The notes under the pieces were generated by a model. It was not told the DNA's origin. It saw only the letters and a list, made by a program, of their open reading frames with translations, and did no database searches. From contig BCKQ01000011.1 of the NCBI GenBank assembly GCA_001600695.1, positions 367,091 to 431,090 of the forward strand: a stretch of 64,000 nucleotides of DNA, written 5' to 3'. Position numbers and translations under genes: made by a program. Positions 1 to 11,139 of the stretch are shown here, one piece after another (the stretch's first letter is position 1; each line of letters opens with the position of its first letter). This DNA is from Ascoidea asiatica JCM 7603 (Eukaryota; Fungi; Ascomycota).

Positions 1-1191
1 TTCATTTTGATTAAATTTTTCTAAATCTGTTACAAAAAAATTTTGTATAGTATAAATTACTGTTAAAATACAACTTATAATAATCCAAGTATGTAAGATA
101 TAATTATTATTTTCATTTTCATTTTCATTTTCATTAAAAATTTCATTAAAAATTTCATTTTCATTAGAATTTTCATAATTTATATTAAAATTAAAAATAA
201 AATTTATAAATTTAATTATTGAAATTAAAATAAAACTCATTGATAACATTCTAAGAATTGAAGCTTGAATTGAATAAAATATTAACCATCTTGTCATTAA
301 ACCATCTAAGATTGAATAAATTAAATATGCTGAAACTATTAACCAAATTGATGTTAAAATTAATTCACTTATTTTTAAATCAAAATTATAATTATAATTT
401 AAAATATTTTTATTTTTTTTATAAAAATTTAAAATTTTTATTATATAAATTATACAACCAATTAATTTTATAAATACATAAATAAATGAAATATCTCTAC
501 ATAAAGCTAAAGCTAAATGTTGTTTTGGATTTAATAATTTTAAACCAATTTTTTTTAAATTTTGAAAATTATTATTTATATTTGAAATATTATTACTAAT
601 ATTTATTATATCATTTTTATCTAAACTATTTTCTTCATCATCATCTTCATCTTCGTTATCGTTGTCATTGTCTTCTTCTTCTTCTTCTTCTTCTTCTTCT
701 TCATTATTATCTCCTATATTGATATCATTATTATTACTATCATTACTTTGAATACTATGATTATCATCATTTCCAATATTTTCAATATTATTATTATTAT
801 TATTAATAGATTTTCGACTATGATGATTATTATTTAATCGATTTAATTTATCTAAATTTAAATGAAGACCTAAATCATTATTATAATTTGATATTTGACT
901 CTTAGATCGTCGAATTTTTTTAATATTATTATTATTGATATTATTATTAATATTGATATTTGAATTTTCATCATTACTTAAAACTATAGTTTCATTATCA
1001 GATTCAATTTCATTTATTTGGTTGTTATTATTATTATTATTATTAATGTTATTATTAATGTTATTATTAATGTTATTATTATTGATTGAAGAATGTCTAT
1101 TATAAAGATTATTATATGAATTTGATCTTGAAACAGAAGTTGCTAAATGAATAGAACCATCATAATTTATGTAATGATTTATATCATCCAT
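1..1191 (-). CDS. EOS1: Eos1, ER membrane protein linked to N-glycosylation and oxidative stress tolerance (3' end runs off the window)
   Basis: Not in the ORF track (no stop inside the window). ATG at 1191 (MDDINHYINY), open to base 1. Asn/Glu-rich N-terminus, then LNPKQHLALALCRDIS, SELILTSIWLIVSAYLIYSILDGLMTRWLIFYS, ILRMLSMS and HTWIIISCILT, matching conserved Eos1 membrane segments. Confidence 0.88.
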   Translation of the reverse strand, partial: MDDINHYINYDGSIHLATSVSRSNSYNNLYNRHSSINNNNINNNINNNINNNNNNNNQINEIESDNETIVLSNDENSNININNNINNNNIKKIRRSKSQISNYNNDLGLHLNLDKLNRLNNNHHSRKSINNNNNNIENIGNDDNHSIQSNDSNNNDINIGDNNEEEEEEEEEEDNDNDNEDEDDDEENSLDKNDIINISNNISNINNNFQNLKKIGLKLLNPKQHLALALCRDISFIYVFIKLIGCIIYIIKILNFYKKNKNILNYNYNFDLKISELILTSIWLIVSAYLIYSILDGLMTRWLIFYSIQASILRMLSMSFILISIIKFINFIFNFNINYENSNENEIFNEIFNENENENENNNYILHTWIIISCILTVIYTIQNFFVTDLEKFNQNE

Positions 1192-1984
1192 TTAATTTAT
1201 TTATGTTGTTTCTTTGATTATTTGGTTTTTATAAGTCTATTTTTTTATGAACTTTTTTTTATTCTTTTTTTTTGTTTCAAAATGATAATTTTTTTTTTTT
1301 CTTACATGGAGTTTTTATTGAAGTTGTGAATGTAATTAAGATATGAAGGACTGTTATAGGTTTTAGAATACAAATGGGAATATGAATATGAATAGGAATA
1401 TTAGATTATGATTGAAACGAAGAATCAGTGTCCTTTGATTATATTCTTCAATTCTTCAATTCTTCAATTCTATTTATTCTATTTATTCTAAATATCTAAA
1501 TGTATTATTCTATTTTATTGCAAATCCTCAAATCAGCTTCATTTCTCACAGTGTTCTCAGTGACAGTTTTATTCTTTTAGCACTGCTCTGTTAAGATTTA
1601 GATTTGAAGCGAAGTGAAGTGAAGGCTTTATCCGCTCCGCTCCGCGCTGCGCTGGCTCCGGGAAGGTCCTGAAATGCAGGCTACCCCGTCCTGGATAGGG
1701 CAGCAGTTAGGACAAAAGCAGGGCTGTTAAAACAAAATAAAATTGAAATAAAAGTAGGGCTCTGTTTGCTACTACGAGACCGCATCTGCGGGACTGCTCA
1801 CGCTCGATACTTCTCTTCACCACAAAGACAAAAAGAGAAGCAAAAACAGCAGAAGTTGGTGTTTTTGGTGAATGAGACACAAGCAGCCAACCAGAAACAC
1901 AGCAGAAGATAGAGAATCGAAGTTATGTTTTGTATTCTTGTTACTAAACTGAAATATTTTGGAACTAAAATTTTGCTTTATGAC

Positions 1985-2452
1985 TTAAAAAAATGAAGCT
2001 GTACCTAAAGTTGTTCCTTCTCCATTAAGATTATCATTATTATTTAAAAAATCACTTGAAATTAAATTATCTTCAACTATCGACCATAAAGCTTCTCTAA
2101 TAATTGTATTTTCATTTTTATTCTTTATTTTACTATTATCATTTTCATTTTTTATATTAACTAATTGTAATTTTAAATTTTCAATATTCTCATTTTCAAT
2201 TTCCATTTCATTTTCATTTTCATTTGCATTTGCATTTTCTCCCTTTTCCGTACTGGCAATATAATCAATTAATATTTTATCTTCAATTTTACTTTTTACT
2301 GTATATCTTTTATTTCTTTCATTTTTTTTACCTCTTTTTGATGATATTACTTTTGTAGTTATTCCTTTATTTATCTTATTTTTTTTACTTCTACTAAGAT
2401 ATTTATTTATACTCTTAATTCTAGTTTTTTCTTTATTTATTGAATTAGGCAT
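1985..2452 (-). CDS. ALB1: Pre-60S shuttling factor Alb1
   Basis: MPNSINK start, ITTKVISSKRGKKNERN, and C-terminal REALWSIVED...GEGTTLG match Alb1 (KEALWSVIDD...GQGTTLG). RPE1 is nearby, as in S. cerevisiae (YJL122W/YJL121C). Confidence 0.88.
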   Translation of the reverse strand: MPNSINKEKTRIKSINKYLSRSKKNKINKGITTKVISSKRGKKNERNKRYTVKSKIEDKILIDYIASTEKGENANANENENEMEIENENIENLKLQLVNIKNENDNSKIKNKNENTIIREALWSIVEDNLISSDFLNNNDNLNGEGTTLGTASFF

Positions 2453-2732
2453 CTTGACTATGTTACTATGTTACTATATTACTATAACTAATATAATTAT
2501 TAGTTACTTATATATATATATAATACAATATTTTAATATTATTACTTATTTCTTACAATAAATAAATAAAAATTATTCTTAAATCTTTTTTTCTTCGTTG
2601 AATTTGAAATTTTTAAAAAAAAAATATTTTCGAAAATCACAAAGCTGCACCTATATGCACGCTATGCATTACACCCATAATATTGGTATTACACGTTAAT
2701 TAAAACCCCTTTTTTTTATTTAATTTATTTCA

Positions 2733-2740
2733 ACGCGAAA
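2733..2740 (+). promoter_or_regulatory. SCB/MCB-like element ACGCGAAA in the ALB1-CDC13 divergent promoter
   Basis: Exact CGCGAAA about 230 bp upstream of the CDC13-like ATG in an otherwise CpG-poor interval. Confidence 0.5.
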
Positions 2741-2963
2741 ATAATTTACTTTTATTTTTACTTATATCTTTTTTAATGTATTTTTATTTCATTTCAATTT
2801 ACTAAAATTTGAATCAATTCACTTAAAAATGATTTAATATCTTTAATTTAATTCATCAATATTCAAAAAATAATGGGATTTATATTTTGAAAATATAATG
2901 AGAATAGGATATGATTAAAATAAAATAAACTAAAATTTACAAAACTCAATTAAAAAAAAAACA

Positions 2964-3344
2964 ATGATTTCAAATACTTCAAATATTTTAAATATTTCAA
3001 ATACTTTACAAATTAAAGATTTAAAATTATTAGATTCAATCAATTCATTAACTTCAATTAATTGTTATTTATTAGCTTTTCATTATACTCCAAAATATAT
3101 GGAATTATTAGTAACTGATTTTACTTCAAATGATAATATTGGTCCAATATTATTAAATCAAATTAATGAATTTTATTTAGGACAATTGAATTTTTCAGAA
3201 GTTGATAATGATAATAATTATAATTATAATAATAATAATAATATAATAAACTATAATCAATTATTTCATGTTCAGATTTATTCAAGTAAATTTATAGAAT
3301 TTTATGAAAAAATCTTAAAACCATATAAATTAAACTTAAATTTC

Positions 3345-3382
<38 letters not shown>

Positions 3383-4715
3383 TTCAAATGATAATTTAAA
3401 AATTAAACTTAATAACAAAAAAATATTTCAATCAATTGATAATTATATTGAATCTCAAAATTTAGAAACAAAAAATGAAAATTTTATTGATATTCATAAT
3501 TTATTTATTTTTTTAAATTTTGAAATAAAAATCTTAAATTATAATTCAATAATCTTCGGTAAAACAAATTTATTAAATATTTTAGATTTATTTAATAATC
3601 CTTTTATACCTTTGAAAAATTTAATTTCAAATTCAAATTTTTATTTTAATTTTATTTTTAATAATTTATTATCAATTTATCCAAAAGAAAATTTTTTAAA
3701 TAATTCAAAATTTTTACTTTATTTAAATTTAAAAAATTCAATTCCTTTAAATATTTTAAAAAAATATTTTCCTTCAATAATTGAACCCTTAAATAATACT
3801 ACTCCAATTAAAAAAAGAAAAAGAAATCATGATTTTTTAATAAATTCTACAATTGAAAATCATGAAATCAAAGACAATAATAAAAGTCCTGAAATTGAAA
3901 TTTATGAAGTTGATGATCTTAATTCTGATGATACTGAAGACATTGATTCTACAAATTCTGAAATTGAAATAAGTCATATAAATACTAATAAAAATAATTC
4001 TACAACTATAGATAAAGAATTTTTACTTGAAAATCATGAAGCTAAATTTATTCAAAATTATAATTCAATTCCATCTTCATCTCCTTTTAAAAAATTAGTT
4101 CCATATAAAAATATAAATGAAATTTCAAATCAAAATTTAGATTCTAACCTCTTAATTCAAAAACCTTTTAATTACTTAAATTTAAATTATTTTGATGAAA
4201 ATAATGATATCATTGTTCAAGGTTTAATTATTGGTTTTAAACCAAATGATTTTAAATTTATTAATCAATTCAATTCAATTATTTCAAAACCAAATTTAAG
4301 AAATTTTTCAATTTTATTAACTGACCAAGATATTTTTAATAATAATAATAAATTAGTTAAAAATAATCAATTTTTATTAATAACTTTATCAAATACTTTA
4401 GAAATTTTAAAATTTTTTAATATAAATAATTTAAACGATTATTTAAAAAATTTAAATAATTTTATTAATAAATTTCAATTTATCTTAAATCGTCAAATCA
4501 ATATTTCAAATAATAACAATAATATTAATAATAATCTTAAATTACCAAAATTTAGAATCTATAGAAAAAAAATTAAAATAAGTGAAACAAATTATCAACT
4601 TGGTTGGGGTTTAAGATTAGATAAACTTTCGAATTATACTGAAAATTTTAGTGAAAATAATAATGAATCGGATATTATATATAATTTTGATGGATTAATT
4701 AATTTCTTAAGATAA
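2964..4715 (+). CDS. CDC13: Short Cdc13-like telomere ssDNA-binding protein (DBD + OB4)
   Basis: TSINCYLLAFHYTPKYMELLVTDFTSND / LFHVQIYSSKFIEF / FLNFEIKILNYNS / ILKKYFP parallel the S. cerevisiae Cdc13 DBD (ITMFGMLVSC..FISFVFSDFTKND / FKAIMYKNQFETF / CKMNIKVKMYNG / YRRFFP). C-terminal IVQGLIIGFKP..FSILLTD..EILKFFNI..FRIYRK..GW resembles OB4. Confidence 0.7.
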
Positions 4716-4777
4716 TTCCTACTTTAACTTTTAAAAATTCAAATTTATATTAAAATCTAAATTAGAAAGAGTTTGAT

Positions 4778-5464
4778 TTAATTATTAATGATTTGAGTTC
4801 TAAAAAAATTCATTAACTCTTTTGGATTATTGGAATTGAATATTGAACTTCCTGCAACAATAACATTAGCACCAGCTTTTGCAGCATATGGAATTGTTTC
4901 TTTTGATAATCCACCATCAACTTGAATATTAAATTTTGGTAATTTTTTTCTTAAATTTTCAACTTTTGGCATCATATCTTTCATAAAAGATTGTCCACCA
5001 AAACCAGGTTCAACAGTCATAACTAAAATCATATCAAGAAATGGAATTAAATCATTTAAAACTTCAATTGAAGTGTTTGGTTTAATTGCACAACCAACTT
5101 TTAAATTATTTTTTTTAATTAATTCAATTAACTTTATTGGATCTTTTGTTGATTCATAATGAAAAGTAAATTGATCACCACCTGCTTTTGCAATTTCTTC
5201 AACCCATTTCTCAGGTTCAGAAACCATCATATGACAATCAAAAAATTTCTTATTCTCTTTTGTAATTGAATCTATTTCTTTTGGAATTGTTTTTCTTAAA
5301 CATTTAATAATTGGTGGACCTAAAGTAATATTTGGAACAAAATGTCCATCCATAACATCAATATGAAGCCAATCTGCAGAACAATTATACATTCTTTCAC
5401 ACTCAGGACCAAGATTTGAAAAATCGCATGATAAAATAGAAGGAGCAATTATTGGCTTACACAT
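4778..5464 (-). CDS. RPE1: D-ribulose-5-phosphate 3-epimerase
   Basis: [43 protein letters not shown] and IQVDGG motifs. Confidence 0.98.
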   Translation of the reverse strand: MCKPIIAPSILSCDFSNLGPECERMYNCSADWLHIDVMDGHFVPNITLGPPIIKCLRKTIPKEIDSITKENKKFFDCHMMVSEPEKWVEEIAKAGGDQFTFHYESTKDPIKLIELIKKNNLKVGCAIKPNTSIEVLNDLIPFLDMILVMTVEPGFGGQSFMKDMMPKVENLRKKLPKFNIQVDGGLSKETIPYAAKAGANVIVAGSSIFNSNNPKELMNFFRTQIINN

Positions 5465-5631
5465 TTTTATAGATTAAATTAATATTATAAAACACAGTTA
5501 AATGAAAAGTGAAATAAATTGATTTTTATTCTCAAATTATTTATAATTCATTGATTATTTTCAGTTTCAAATAAATTATTTTAAAGTTGCAGGGCTTGTT
5601 TTTCTTTTAAGACAAAATATTAAAAGCATTT

Positions 5632-5640
5632 GTCACGTGA
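5632..5640 (+). promoter_or_regulatory. Cbf1/Tye7-type E-box GTCACGTGA upstream of RPE1
   Basis: Perfect RTCACGTG about 170 bp upstream of the RPE1 ATG. Confidence 0.55.
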
Positions 5641-6027
5641 TAGACTATTTACTATGATGTAATCTTTTCCTATTTAATTCAAATCAATTCTAAATATTCA
5701 GATGAATTTATTATTTATTGATTTGCATCCATTATATTAAAATTAGTATATTTTTTACAATTTTATTTTATTATTCACCTCATATATATTTAAGGAATGA
5801 AAGTGAAAAAAAATAAAGAGAAGAAAAAAAATATGAATTCATACAACTTTTGGAGTTTGAAAAAAATTTTGAAAATAAATGTGAAAATGTAAATGATGAT
5901 GGAAATGAAGTTAAAAACAAAAAGCAAAAATAAGTCAATTTGAAGTTAATTTTATATCATAATAAATGGAGAATTGAAAAGATCGTTTAAACAAAGTCGT
6001 TTTTTTATTAAGAAATTAGACTTTAAA

Positions 6028-7272
6028 TCATGCTGTTGTTTCTAATTCATATCGACAATCTGATCTTTCAACAATTTCATCAGGACATACAATTTGCTCA
6101 TAATCCACACCTGGATTTAAATTATTATTTTCAACACCGAACCAATCAAATCTCCAATCACAAGCATCTTGTAAAACTGTAGGTAATAAAGTACATTGAG
6201 ATTCTTCAGTAACACCACCATATCTAAGACCCCAACCAGTTGAAGAAGCATTCCATTGTGCTTCACAACCTTGGTAATAATAACCAACTCCACCACCTGG
6301 AACTAAGATATCAAATTTATTTGTACCTTCATCATCACCACCATTTGTAACTTGAACAACCATTTGTTTACCTGCAATTGTTGTATTAGTAAAAGTTAAT
6401 AAGAAACATGAACCACATAAATCATCAGAACCTACACCATTAATTTCACCAACTGCAGCATAACCATAAGAAAGATTAGTATGAACTAACCATGGTTGTT
6501 GATCATTACAAACATAAGCATCACCACCTTGACAAGTACTTGTCATAGAGGCATCAACAACAGTTACACCATCTTTTGCACAAGATTTAACTGGATTGGT
6601 TACATTACCACGATTTCTCCATGCACAAGATGGTTTACAACAATCCCAATATCTTGTTGTTCTACCAGTTCCTGTTATTGCATCTTTTAGTGGAGTGAAA
6701 GAGGTTGAAGCTGAAGATGATGAAGAAGATGATGTACTGGAAGAAGAACTAGCAGAAGAGACAGCTGCAACTTCTGCAGTTTCTTCATATGAAGAGGAAG
6801 AAACAGATGATGAAGATTCTTGGGAAACTATTTTAGTTGAAAGAGTAGCAGCTGAAGAAATTCCATTAGATGAAGAATCTGAAGATTCAACAGTCAGACT
6901 TATTACTGAAGATGCTAAAGATTGACTGTATTCAACAGAACTATATTCTATTGCAGCATCTGAAGAAATTTCAACAGCTAATGAAGTTTTTGATTCAATT
7001 GATTCTACAGTTTCAGATTCCACACTTGCAGCTGAAGTTATTGCAGCTGAAGTTGTTTCTACACTTGCAGCTTCTGCTGTAGATGTATCACCTGAAGAAG
7101 TTTCTTGACATTGATAATAATAATCGTTCATTGATACACAGGAGTAACCAGATTGACAACAAGTTGAACCAGTCCAATTAACACCACCACATTGATAATA
7201 TAATGCAGCACAATCTTCTGATTTTACAGCTGCTAGACTTAATGCTATAGCTAGTAATACTTTAGACAACAT
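6028..7272 (-). CDS. Secreted endo-1,4-beta-glucanase, GH45 with N-terminal CBM1
   Basis: Signal peptide; CBM1 CAALYYQCGGVNWTGSTCCQSGYSCVSMNDYYYQC; Ser/Thr/Glu linker; GH45 signature TTRYWDCCKPSCAW, QMVVQVTN, FDILVPGGGVG, WGLRYGG, CDWRFDWF. Confidence 0.96.
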   Translation of the reverse strand: MLSKVLLAIALSLAAVKSEDCAALYYQCGGVNWTGSTCCQSGYSCVSMNDYYYQCQETSSGDTSTAEAASVETTSAAITSAASVESETVESIESKTSLAVEISSDAAIEYSSVEYSQSLASSVISLTVESSDSSSNGISSAATLSTKIVSQESSSSVSSSSYEETAEVAAVSSASSSSSTSSSSSSSASTSFTPLKDAITGTGRTTRYWDCCKPSCAWRNRGNVTNPVKSCAKDGVTVVDASMTSTCQGGDAYVCNDQQPWLVHTNLSYGYAAVGEINGVGSDDLCGSCFLLTFTNTTIAGKQMVVQVTNGGDDEGTNKFDILVPGGGVGYYYQGCEAQWNASSTGWGLRYGGVTEESQCTLLPTVLQDACDWRFDWFGVENNNLNPGVDYEQIVCPDEIVERSDCRYELETTA

Positions 7273-9215
7273 ATTTTTTCTGAACTTTTTCTGCTTTTTT
7301 TGGTTATAATATACAATTATTTATTTCTCAATTATTATCTAGTAAGGCCCCAATAGTTTAAATAAAAAAAAACAGTAATAATAACAATCATTTCTATTTT
7401 ATATGGGACAAAGAACTTTTATATAATCTCAAAACATTGGCTTTGATTAATGAATGAATAAATGAATAAATTATTCAAAGGAAAAAAATGAAAGAAAACA
7501 AAATTGAATTGTTTTGAAGTGTATTCATTATCAAGTTTAATTTTGCCCAGTTTCAATATTGTTATTGTTAAAACTGTTTCGATGACAATAAAAGAGTAGA
7601 TCATTCTCTTTTTAAACAAAAACTTTTATTCAAACTTTATTATAGAAAATCAATCTTTCTCTCAGACTTATTTTTCACAAACACATGCACTCTTCTTATT
7701 TAAATAAATAAGCCTTTAAAAATTCAAGAGAAACATTTCTAATTGGAAAAATTTGTCCTCAAATGAAGTGAATAATTACCAACGTCAACAAAATATTTTC
7801 TAATATCAATACCATTTTAAATATCAATACTAATAAATAATATCGATTTCCATAACCAATACGAATAGTTAACTTAACGTTCTTTGCAATTCAATCCGCG
7901 ACAAATATTGACTCCAGTTTTGTGGTTTTTCTTGTAAAATAGTTGACACCACTTTTATGGCTCTCTTTGCTTAAAGCAGACTGAGACCGATAACATGGAA
8001 CTCTTTATTTTAGGTCCGAGTCCAAACACCCGGGTCTCCTCCCTTTCAGTTCCTAATTATTTTATCTGCATACTTTCCAAATCTTTTTCGGACTTTCTTA
8101 TCAAGCTTTTAAACATCTTTTTTGCAAAATTCTTTCGTTTTATTCTCTTTATTTCAACTAATAAATTTGACATTTAAGTACTAAAAATAATACTTGGAGA
8201 CTAAATTCAATGGTATTTACAAATTAGTTTGAAGAATTATTTCAGATGACATTGAATCTCAAATAATATCTTTGAGGAGCTATTAAAATAGATATTATAT
8301 AAACTGGGGAACTGAAAATAATTATTCAGTAAATGGTGAAATTATTATTTGAAATTCCAATTGAAGAATTTTTTTCATTCTCTTTTTATATATTTAAATG
8401 AATTTCTTATATTATCCCTTGACACATTTCTTGAAATTCGTTTAATTTTAACAATTTCACTTTACTTTACCATAGTTTTAAAAGTATTTGCACCCACATC
8501 ATTGAAACTAAAAATGAAGTCAATTTACGTTAATAAAATAAAATACCTCTCGTTAGGAATCCTATTATCTAAATCACTATAATTGCATACTTCTTTAATT
8601 CCAATTTTTTTTAAAAAATAGTCTTTTTACTACATTCAACAAAGAAAAAATTGCTGGATAATTCTATTCAACCCCGGCCAATAAGACTGCATACTCCAAC
8701 CGTAACATTTATCACCACACCCCAAAGATCTATTCAAGCCTGTTCATAAGGCTCAAAATCATCTTTTTTGCTCTAAGAAGTTCCATATCTTCCTATTTAC
8801 AATTAAAATCACTTTGTTTGCAAGACACCCCCAAAGAAATCTTTTCAATTCACTTTTATTTGCTTGTTTACTTAGTCAATTTTATACTGCTTTGTTACCT
8901 AATTACTTACATTACTTACTTGTTTATTGCTGGTAAAAATGATTTTGATAGTAAACTTTATTATAAAGCAATTCAAATTAAATTTTTTTGCACTATTTCA
9001 CCATTTTCAAAATCTCAAATATAAAAAGGAATGATTTCTTCTATAAATTTCAAATATCAATTATACTTTTTCTTTTTATATTTATATATACTATAACAAT
9101 TTCAAATATAATAAAATATAATAGAAATATTCTCAATTTCTAATTTTCAATTTTTAATATTAAATTACTTTTACTTTTCTAAATTACTTTCATAAATAAC
9201 TTTACAAATACAATA

Positions 9216-10283
9216 ATGGTTGAATATAAAGAAGATTTTAAAATTCCAAAAACTCAAAAAGCTATAGTCTTTGAAAAAAATGGTGGTAAATTAGAATATA
9301 AAAAAATTCCAGTTCCAGAACCAAAACCAACTGAAATTTTAATTCATGTTTTATATTCTGGTATTTGTCATACTGATTTACATGCTTGGAAAGGTGATTG
9401 GCCTTTAGATACAAAATTACCTTTGGTTGGTGGTCATGAAGGTGCAGGAATTGTTGTAAAATTAGGTGCTGAAGTTAAAAATTTTAAAATTGGTGATTAT
9501 GCTGGTATTAAATGGCTTAATGGTTCTTGTATGTCTTGTGAATATTGTGAAAAAGGTTTTGAACCAAATTGTTTAAAAGCTGATTTATCTGGTTATACTC
9601 ATGATGGTTCATTTCAAGAATATGCAACTGCAGATGCTGTTCAAGCTGCAATGATTCCACAAGGTACCGATTTAGCTGAAATGGCTCCAATTTTATGTGC
9701 TGGTGTTACTGTTTATAAAGCAATTAAATCCGCTGAAATTAAAGCCGGTGATTGGTTATGTATTTCAGGTTGTGGTGGTGGTTTAGGAACTTTAGCTATT
9801 CAATATGCTAAAGCTATGGGTTACAGAGTTATTGGTATTGATGGTGGTGAAAAAAAAGAAGCTCTTTGTAAAAAATTAGGTGCTGAAGAATTTATTGATT
9901 TTACTAAAGTTAAAGATATTAATTCAAAAATTATTGAAGTTACTGATGGTGGTCCACATGCTGTTATTAACGTTTCAGTTTCTCAAGCTGCAATTAAATC
10001 TTCTGTCGAATATGTTAGACCTTGTGGTACTGTAGTTTTAGTTGGTTTACCAGCTGGTGCTGTTTGTACTTCAGAAGTTTTCTCACAAGTTGTTAAATCT
10101 GTTAAAATTGTTGGTTCATATGTTGGTAATAGAGCTGATACAAGAGAAGCTATTGATTTCTTTGTTAGAGGTCTTGTAAGATCTCCAATTCAAATCATTG
10201 GTTTATCTGAATTACCAAGAGTTTATGAAGAAATGGAAAGTGGAAAAATCATTGGTCGTTATGTTGCAGATACTTCAAAATAA
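9216..10283 (+). CDS. Zn-dependent NAD alcohol dehydrogenase (ADH1/2/3 family, no mitochondrial presequence)
   Basis: [29 protein letters not shown]...[13 protein letters not shown], Gx[23 protein letters not shown]. Confidence 0.97.
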   Translation: MVEYKEDFKIPKTQKAIVFEKNGGKLEYKKIPVPEPKPTEILIHVLYSGICHTDLHAWKGDWPLDTKLPLVGGHEGAGIVVKLGAEVKNFKIGDYAGIKWLNGSCMSCEYCEKGFEPNCLKADLSGYTHDGSFQEYATADAVQAAMIPQGTDLAEMAPILCAGVTVYKAIKSAEIKAGDWLCISGCGGGLGTLAIQYAKAMGYRVIGIDGGEKKEALCKKLGAEEFIDFTKVKDINSKIIEVTDGGPHAVINVSVSQAAIKSSVEYVRPCGTVVLVGLPAGAVCTSEVFSQVVKSVKIVGSYVGNRADTREAIDFFVRGLVRSPIQIIGLSELPRVYEEMESGKIIGRYVADTSK

Positions 10284-11139
10284 TTTAACTAATCTTTTGT
10301 CAACTCAAATCATGCTACGATCTTAATGAAATTAATGTACTTCATTTCTCAATTTTTTAGTTTTAGTTTTTTTTTTACATCTTACTTTTTAACTTTTATT
10401 TTAACCAAAAAGAAAGGGAATATAATATACAGAATATTTTCTTATAACAATACTAGTAGTAATTGAAATGTAATAGTAAGAAAATGAATTTCTTTGGGAG
10501 AAAAATGAATTTGCTTCTCCTTGTTTATTTTATTATCCTTCTAAAGAGAGAAACCATTTCATATCATCAATTATTTAAATGCTTCTAAATCATTAAACTT
10601 ATGTAGGCCCTCGAGTTTTTTTTGAGTAAAGTGTAAAAAAGCAAAGAGGTTTTTGCAAATAGCTGATTATTCAAATAAACTACAAAATCTTTGAAATTTC
10701 TCAAAAGCGGAACAAAATTAGTGGGATTTATGGTGGGGTTCATTCACCCCCTGAATTCTTGAGATGATCACACTTTTGAGGTTTTCGTTCGGTGATTGAG
10801 GGTTTTTTAGATTTGTGGCTGGGAAAATAGAATATGCATGTAACGGTACTGTCAAACGGAGGTGTCCCGAGATGCGTATTCTAGGATCGGGTTAATATCA
10901 AAAATAGAGTTTGGAGTTTTGGATGATTTCAATGCTTTTAAGATGATGATTATATGGATATTTATTATTATAGTTATGACTGTAGAAAAAAAAAATGATT
11001 GTAGATATAAATATGTTAGACGAAAGTGATATATAGGATACAAAATGCAAAAAAAATCATGATTAGTTGATAAGAATTATTAAAAAAAAGAATATGTTTC
11101 AAAGGTGCAAGTAAAAAAAGGAGTGAAAATACAATTTAG

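Noticed and set aside
1650-1710. Hairpins resembling SRP RNA; B-box-like strings near 18412, 31591 and 56852
   Set aside because: No full SRP helix-8 consensus, cloverleaf, A-box or Pol III terminator arrangement.
6496-7082. Antisense or alternate-frame ORFs inside real genes (also 258-473, 30605-30940, 38749-39055, 44014-44355, 45367-45687, 58521-59569)
   Set aside because: Shadows of repetitive or biased coding sequence.
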